A stretch of 12,039 bases of DNA from Gemmatimonadota bacterium (GTDB lineage Bacteria > Gemmatimonadota > Gemmatimonadetes > Gemmatimonadales > GWC2-71-9), in NCBI GenBank assembly GCA_003221005.1, contig QHTZ01000040.1, forward strand, positions 1 to 12,039. The letters are read 5' to 3'. This document shows positions 7,074 through 12,039 of the stretch, one piece after another. A program made the translations under genes and the position numbers. Numbering within the stretch: the first letter of the stretch is position 1; every line of letters begins with the position of its first letter. A model generated the notes under the pieces. It saw nothing but the letters and a program-made list of their open reading frames with translations, had not been told where the DNA came from and did no database searches.

Positions 7074-8549
7074 CTACCCCGCAGCGTTCTCGGCCGCGAC
7101 TTGCTGCATCGGCTCGTGCGGCTGGGCCGTGACCCACACCCCGGGATGCGGGATCGTGACGGCGAACTCCTCACTGATCCGCGGCGGCGCGGCCGCATAG
7201 GCGGCGAGCGCGTCCCGCCATTCCGCCGGAACGAGCGCGGTGGCGCGGAGCGGCAAAGCGATTGCGTTCCCGATGCGGCCCATCACCGTGTTCTCGACCA
7301 CGTCGGTCAGGGGCGCGCCGTTGGGCGCGCGCAGCTTCGACAGCGCCGTGTAGCGGGCCGCCGGATCCCCCGCCGAGATGATGGCGGTCGAGTAATACAG
7401 CAGATTCGCGTCCACGTGCTCCAGCAGCCGCGTCGCCCCGCCCCTCCCACCCTCCTCCCCACCGACGAGGCGCTCGAGATCGGGCAACAGCCCGCGGTCC
7501 AGCAGCGTCCGCCGGAAGATGTACCCGAACCGCCGCACCACTTCCGGCGTCGCAACGTTGGGGAGCCGGAAGGGAACGAAGATCACGGGGCGGACGCGGG
7601 GGCTCCGCATCACCACCCGGAACCGCTCGAGCGGCTCGAAGAAATGGAAGGTGACGACCCGGTCACGCGTGGTGTTGCGCACGGTGCGGATGGCGCCGGT
7701 CTCCGGAGAATCGGCGTGCGCGTCAACCACGCCGAGCGGGCGGCGCCGCAGGGCGTGGCTCATTCGCTCGGTGCGCTCCCGGATCAGCTGCACGCAGTCG
7801 TTCGCTGCGGCCGTCAGATTCGCCTCGGCGAGCGTGCATGGCTCCAGCTGCAGCTCGGGCCGCAACGCGGTCACCAGGTCGCCCAGCATCGAGGTCCCGA
7901 CCATCCGCGCCAGGATCTGAAGCGGCCGCTCCCGCCCCTCGATCTCGCGGCGCCACCGTCCATCGAGCACGGCGAGGCGCGCTTCGTCCCCCGGCGTGAG
8001 CGACACGCTGTACAGCAGCTCGCCCCACTGGACGCCCTGAGACTGCCACAGCTCCTCGACTTCGATGAGCGCGCCGTACCGCAGCGGCGCTGTCTGGTCG
8101 GCCGAGAGCGCGAAGAAGTCGGCGGGCGCGTCGCGCTGCCTCGCAGGCGCGTCCGCAGCGCGCTCCGCGAACATGGCCAGACGCTGGAAGTACAGCACGT
8201 GACCCGGCACGTCGTGTGACTCGGCCGGACGGGAGGGCGGCGGCACGGCAACCGCGTGCTCAGCCGGCGCCTGGACGAGCGGCACCCAGCTCGGCGCCGC
8301 GAGGTCGGTGGGCTCGTCGCGCAAGCGCGCCGTGGCGAGCTCGATCGGCTCCTCATTGCGCAAGCCCACTCGCAGCCGCAGCCGGGCCACGTCGCGCCGC
8401 GGGATCGCCACCGTCCCGTCGGCCGCGCTCACCCAGTAACCGGCCGGATTGCCGGTCGCGTCGAGCACGGTCACGGGCACACCCTGGGCGGGCTTGCCCG
8501 TGTCCTGATGCACGATGCGGAAGACCCAGACGTCTTTGGAAGAGCTCAT
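7074..8549 (-). CDS. Hypothetical protein (~491 aa): N-terminal beta-rich domain, Pro/Ala linker, C-terminal domain of unknown function
   Basis: Long ORF with protein-like composition. The likely ATG is at 8549 (MSSSKDVW), with an upstream GTG at 8603 as an alternative. No signal peptide, TM helix or recognisable catalytic motif. Confidence 0.75.
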   Translation of the reverse strand: MSSSKDVWVFRIVHQDTGKPAQGVPVTVLDATGNPAGYWVSAADGTVAIPRRDVARLRLRVGLRNEEPIELATARLRDEPTDLAAPSWVPLVQAPAEHAVAVPPPSRPAESHDVPGHVLYFQRLAMFAERAADAPARQRDAPADFFALSADQTAPLRYGALIEVEELWQSQGVQWGELLYSVSLTPGDEARLAVLDGRWRREIEGRERPLQILARMVGTSMLGDLVTALRPELQLEPCTLAEANLTAAANDCVQLIRERTERMSHALRRRPLGVVDAHADSPETGAIRTVRNTTRDRVVTFHFFEPLERFRVVMRSPRVRPVIFVPFRLPNVATPEVVRRFGYIFRRTLLDRGLLPDLERLVGGEEGGRGGATRLLEHVDANLLYYSTAIISAGDPAARYTALSKLRAPNGAPLTDVVENTVMGRIGNAIALPLRATALVPAEWRDALAAYAAAPPRISEEFAVTIPHPGVWVTAQPHEPMQQVAAENAAG

Positions 8550-8662
8550 AAGGGGGCACCAATATGCAATCGGCAGGGCCAAGCGAACAACGACCTCCCT
8601 CACGTGGCCCAGTTAACTCGTTAGGAAGGGGGGAATTGGGGCTCGGGATGGGGCGACTCTGC

Positions 8663-8688
8663 GGAACCTTTTCCGGTAGTCGCTCATT
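8663..8688 (+). promoter_or_regulatory. Candidate ECF-sigma promoter upstream of the DoxX gene
   Basis: GGAAC(8663-8667)-N17-CATT(8685-8688) resembles the GGAAC-N16/17-CGTT general-stress ECF promoters. Confidence 0.35.
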
Positions 8689-8740
8689 GCTGTACCGTAC
8701 CAAGCAGCGACGACCCACGACCCCCATGGAGGGCACCGCG

Positions 8741-9139
8741 ATGCGCTACACCGTGCTGCTGGGCAGAATCCTGTACTCTCTGATCTTTGCCATGACGCCA
8801 CTGGGGCATTTCTCCTCGCAGTACATCGCTTACGCGGCCCAGCAGGGCGTGCCGCTCGCCTCGCTCCTGGTCCCCCTCTCCGGTGTCATCGCCTTCGCCG
8901 GGGCGCTCTCCGTGGCGTTCGGTTACCACGCTCGAGCCGGCGCCTGGTTGCTCGTCGTGTTTCTCGTTCCGGTCACGCTCATGATGCACAACTTCTGGGC
9001 CGTAAAGGACCCAATGATGGCTCAGATGCAAGTCGCCATGTTCATGAAGAACGTCTCGATGCTGGGTGGTGCCCTCCTCATCGCGCACTTCGGCGCGGGG
9101 CCGCTAAGTCTCGACGCTCGGGGGCAGTTGCCGGCGTAA
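8741..9139 (+). CDS. DoxX family membrane protein
   Basis: ATG at 8741 after GGAGG, 132 aa with 4 TM segments. Motifs LLGRIL, GYHARAGAWLLVVFLVPVTLMMHNFW, FMKNVSMLGGALL, GAGPLSLD. Confidence 0.92.
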   Translation: MRYTVLLGRILYSLIFAMTPLGHFSSQYIAYAAQQGVPLASLLVPLSGVIAFAGALSVAFGYHARAGAWLLVVFLVPVTLMMHNFWAVKDPMMAQMQVAMFMKNVSMLGGALLIAHFGAGPLSLDARGQLPA

Positions 9140-9236
9140 GGGGCGACGCTGCCGCAAAACGGTGCACGGCGATCCCTCGAGGGATGCAGGTTGGTGCGCC
9201 GGCGCCACAGGGCCACGCGTTCTGAGGTCGGGACCG

Positions 9237-9251
9237 TGGCCCGAACCGTGC
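9237..9251 (+). promoter_or_regulatory. Candidate sigma54 promoter upstream of the HATPase-like gene
   Basis: TGGCCCGAACCGTGC, with GG(9238-39)-N10-GC(9250-51), ending 35 nt before ATG 9287. Confidence 0.4.
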
Positions 9252-9286
9252 GTTCTCCGGCCCCAAACCTGACCGGACATGCCACG

Positions 9287-9817
9287 ATGTCCATGCCCCT
9301 GATGCAGGACACCATCGCCCCGCCCGCACGCCCGGCCGCGATGGGAGATGCCACCATCCAGCTGAACCAGGTGCTCCACGAGGTCCGGCCACTCGTGGAG
9401 CGCGTCGCGGAGCGGAAGCGGATCACGGTCGCCTTCGACGCGTCCGATGAGTTGCCCACGGCAGCTCGCCACGAGCTGCCGCTGATGCGCCTGTGCTATC
9501 TGCTGATCGTGCGGGCGATCACTGTCACGCCACCGTACGGAACCGTCCGGGTGTCGGGGAGCCTGCTGGGGGCGGGGGATGTGGCGGGGCCGGGACGCTG
9601 GATCCAGGTGACGGTGTGGGATGCCGGGACGGGCATCACGCCCAGCGACTTCCAGCGGGTGTTCCAGGATTTCGAGCCGCGGGACAGCACCGCCGCGGAG
9701 GGGTGTTACGGCGTGACGGTGAGCAGCCGCTTGGCGCATCTGCCGACCGCTCGGCTCTCCATGAACACCCGGTGGGGAGAGGGCTGCACGTTCACGGTCA
9801 AGCTTCCCGCCGCCTGA
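9287..9817 (+). CDS. Stand-alone, degenerate histidine-kinase-like ATPase (HATPase_c) domain protein
   Basis: LNQVLHEV..., TPPYGTVRV, IQVTVWDAGTGI (G1 box), RVFQDF (F box), GEGCTFTVKLP. The N box and G2 box are degenerate and there is no HisKA/H-box. The start is uncertain (ATG at 9287, 9293 or 9302; the ORF opens at 9191). Confidence 0.72.
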   Translation: MSMPLMQDTIAPPARPAAMGDATIQLNQVLHEVRPLVERVAERKRITVAFDASDELPTAARHELPLMRLCYLLIVRAITVTPPYGTVRVSGSLLGAGDVAGPGRWIQVTVWDAGTGITPSDFQRVFQDFEPRDSTAAEGCYGVTVSSRLAHLPTARLSMNTRWGEGCTFTVKLPAA

Positions 9818-9867
9818 GGCACGGGACCCAAGGACCCGGGGTCTAGGCGGCGGGACGCCCGGCCCGC

Positions 9868-10467
9868 TCAGTGCGCCAGGGCCGGCTCTTCGTCGACGAT
9901 TTTCGTCCCCAGCACCTGCAGGAATTTCGCAATCCACTCGGGGTGCGCCGGCCACGCGGGCGCGGTCACGAGATTTCCGTCCGCCACGGCCTTGTCGATG
10001 CCGATGTCGGCGTACTGAGCGCCGGCGAGCTTCACCTCAGGCGCGACCGCGGGATATGCCGAGACCTTGCGCCCTTTCAGCACACCAGCGGCCGTGAGGA
10101 TCTGGGGTCCGTGACAGATGGCGGCGACAGGCTTGTCCTGCGTGAAGAAGTGCCGGACCACTTGTAGCACGGCGTCGTTCAGGCGGAGGTATTCCGGCGC
10201 GCGACCGCCCGCGATCACGAGGGCGTCGTAGCGCTCCGGCCGCGCATCGGCGAACGTGGCGTTGAGGGTGAAGTCGTGCCCGCGCTTCTCACTGTACGTC
10301 TGATCACCTTCGAAGTCGTGAATGGCCGTGCGAATCTTCTCCCCTGCCTTTTTCCCGGGGCACACGGCGTGGACCGAGTGTCCGACCGCGAGGAGCGCCT
10401 GGAACGGCACCATGACCTCGTAGTCTTCCGCGTAGTCTCCCACCAGCATCAAGATCTGTTTCGACAT
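9868..10467 (-). CDS. DJ-1/PfpI family protein (class I glutamine amidotransferase-like; glyoxalase III/deglycase-like)
   Basis: [25 protein letters not shown], nucleophile elbow [24 protein letters not shown]. Perfect AGGAGGT RBS. Confidence 0.93.
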   Translation of the reverse strand: MSKQILMLVGDYAEDYEVMVPFQALLAVGHSVHAVCPGKKAGEKIRTAIHDFEGDQTYSEKRGHDFTLNATFADARPERYDALVIAGGRAPEYLRLNDAVLQVVRHFFTQDKPVAAICHGPQILTAAGVLKGRKVSAYPAVAPEVKLAGAQYADIGIDKAVADGNLVTAPAWPAHPEWIAKFLQVLGTKIVDEEPALAH

Positions 10468-10530
10468 GGGCCACCTCCTGGATACCGTAGTCTCTCCGCC
10501 GGACGCGGCGTGTCAAGCGCCGCTCTAGGG

Positions 10531-11412
10531 TCAGGGCGCGAAGAACTCTCCCATCGCGGGTGCGCTCGCCGCCTGACTCGGAAACGCCGTCACACCGAGG
10601 GCCTGGAGCGAGAGCCGTAGCGTGCTTTGATGCTGGTACGTAGCCTGGGACTGGTACGCCCGTTTCACCTTCGGCCCGACGGCGACCCACGCGATGCGTC
10701 CCCCTCCCAGGGTGTTGTCATTCCTCGACTCGTCGAACACGATGATCAGCAGGCCGTCGTTCTGGAACGACGCGCTCTTGATCAGGGGGTCGATGTTCGT
10801 CTGCAGCCAGCTGTCCGCCGTGGCGAGCGGACAGTCGTGCGCGTCGTTGCACAGGTTCGGCACGATGAACGAGTAGGCCGGGAACGTGTTGTTGGCGAGG
10901 TCCGCCGCGAACTGCGTGAACGGCACCACCTTACTCGCCTGGGTCGGATTGTCATGGACGTCGGTCAGATAGACCACCGGGTTATGCCGGCTCGCGTAGG
11001 TGCCGTTGTCGACGCCGGTCGTCACGTAGCCTACAGAGGGCAGGCCCTCCGCGTACGCCTTCCATGTCTTCCCCGCCGCGAGCAACCGGCGCACCACGTT
11101 GTCCGCGGGCACCGTCGCCGTGGAGGCGTCGTTGTTTGTCACCGTGTCGCCGACCGTCATCATGAAATAGTTGCCGATCGACGGATGGGTGTTCGCGTAG
11201 TACTGGGTCGCCAGGCCATACTGCGCGGCCAGGCCATTGAGGTAGGGCATCGCCGCGCTGCCGATCACGCTCGCGTAGTTGGCATTTTCCTCCACCACGA
11301 TGAACACGTGCCCGTGGACCGGGACCGCGCCGGACTCGATTACGGGTGTGGTGCGCCCGCAGGCGAGGGCCGCGAGCACGGCGAGTGCGCAGGCCGTCGA
11401 GCGCTTGATCAA
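10531..11412 (-). CDS. Lipoprotein phosphoesterase (acid phosphatase/phospholipase C family, alkaline phosphatase superfamily)
   Basis: Probable TTG start at 11412 overlapping the upstream TGA (TTGA), giving 293 aa. Signal with lipobox LAALA|C. Motifs HVFIVVEEN, THPSIGNY, TWKAYAE, RHNP, PNLCNDAHD, IVFDE, YQHQSTLR. Confidence 0.85.
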   Translation of the reverse strand: MIKRSTACALAVLAALACGRTTPVIESGAVPVHGHVFIVVEENANYASVIGSAAMPYLNGLAAQYGLATQYYANTHPSIGNYFMMTVGDTVTNNDASTATVPADNVVRRLLAAGKTWKAYAEGLPSVGYVTTGVDNGTYASRHNPVVYLTDVHDNPTQASKVVPFTQFAADLANNTFPAYSFIVPNLCNDAHDCPLATADSWLQTNIDPLIKSASFQNDGLLIIVFDESRNDNTLGGGRIAWVAVGPKVKRAYQSQATYQHQSTLRLSLQALGVTAFPSQAASAPAMGEFFAP

Positions 11413-12039
11413 GGTATCCCCGCCGCCCACCCGATCCCGCCGACTAGGTGGTCGAGGAACGCTCGTTCGCTGTAGCTGCACGCCGTGTGGCCCATCGCCG
11501 TGTACCACGCCCGCCCGCCGTCGTAGGCATGCTGCCAGCTGATCGGGTGCTCGACTCCCATCTTGCCTCCGACATACGTCGATTCGTCGACCTTGAGCAA
11601 CACAGAAACGCCGGCCGGCTGTGCCGTCCACCACGATGACCGTACCCTGCTGGATCGCCGGGTGGGAATCGAACGTGGCGCCGAGCAGCGCGTGGTACCA
11701 CAGCCAGCCGTACTCGGTGTCCGAGGCCGAGTGCACGCCGACGAACCCGTGCCCCGCCTGGATGTAGCGCTCGAAGGCGGCCTGCTGATCGGCGTCAAGC
11801 ACGTCGCCGCTCGTACTCAGGAACATGACCGCTGCGAAGCGGGCCAGACTCGCGTCGTTGAAGACCGTAGGGTCGTCGGTCGCCTCGACGGCGAAATCGT
11901 TGAGCGAGCCGAGGACCTGGACGGCAGTGACGGCGGCCGGGATGGAGGCGTGATGGAACCCGGTGGTCCGGGAGAACACCAGGATTCGAAAGGCCGCGTG
12001 TGCGGGCTCTGTGGCCGCCGGCGCGCCGCTCGTGGCGGG
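11409..12039 (-). pseudogene. ThuA-like domain protein, disrupted by an internal deletion and frameshift; 5' end lies beyond the window
   Basis: The N-part FRILVFSRTTGFHHASIP...GFVGVHSASDTEY.W.WY...HPAIQQGTVIVVDG is in one frame. The C-part VLLKVDESTY.GGKMGVEHPISW...GGRAWYTAMGH...LVGGIGWAAG is in another frame (stop at 11409). The switch occurs near 11620-11624. Confidence 0.8.

Noticed and set aside
5883-8219. 778-aa plus-strand ORF
   Set aside because: It overlaps the GGDEF gene out of frame and the minus-strand hypothetical gene antisense. It is Arg/Pro-rich with no motifs, typical of stop-poor high-GC frames.
10531-11979. 482-aa ORF read as an evolved ThuA-phosphoesterase fusion protein
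   Set aside because: The middle ~70 aa are the wrong frame of the ThuA C-terminus and an internal lipoprotein signal is present, so two genes plus a frameshift explain it better.
1-12039. CRISPR array, IS/transposase, rRNA, riboswitch or defence system
   Set aside because: No regularly spaced repeats, terminal inverted repeats, transposase, integrase or nuclease motifs, or recognisable structured RNA other than the three tRNAs were seen. A Rfam scan of the intergenic regions would be decisive.

Overview
High-GC bacterial chromosomal window. The style is consistent with a soil lineage such as Gemmatimonadota, but taxonomy cannot be proven from the sequence. From left to right it holds: a minus-strand tRNA-Lys(CTT) with an intrinsic terminator; a compact plus-strand oxalate cluster (OxlT-type oxalate/formate MFS transporter, PanE2-like putative oxalyl-CoA reductase, AAE3/Pcs60-like oxalate-CoA ligase) followed by an OprO/P-like porin with a candidate sigma54 promoter; two tandem tRNA-Glu genes (TTC, CTC); a membrane-bound GGEEF diguanylate cyclase; a ~491-aa protein of unknown function; a DoxX protein; a stand-alone degenerate HATPase_c protein; a DJ-1/PfpI protein; a lipoprotein phosphoesterase; and a ThuA-like gene broken by an internal deletion/frameshift that reads through in frame into the phosphoesterase. 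The best leads are the oxalate import/activate/reduce module with a porin but no oxc/frc, the orphan 491-aa protein, the pseudo-histidine-kinase domain, and the ThuA deletion/fusion. All calls come from manual motif reading, and no database search was run.
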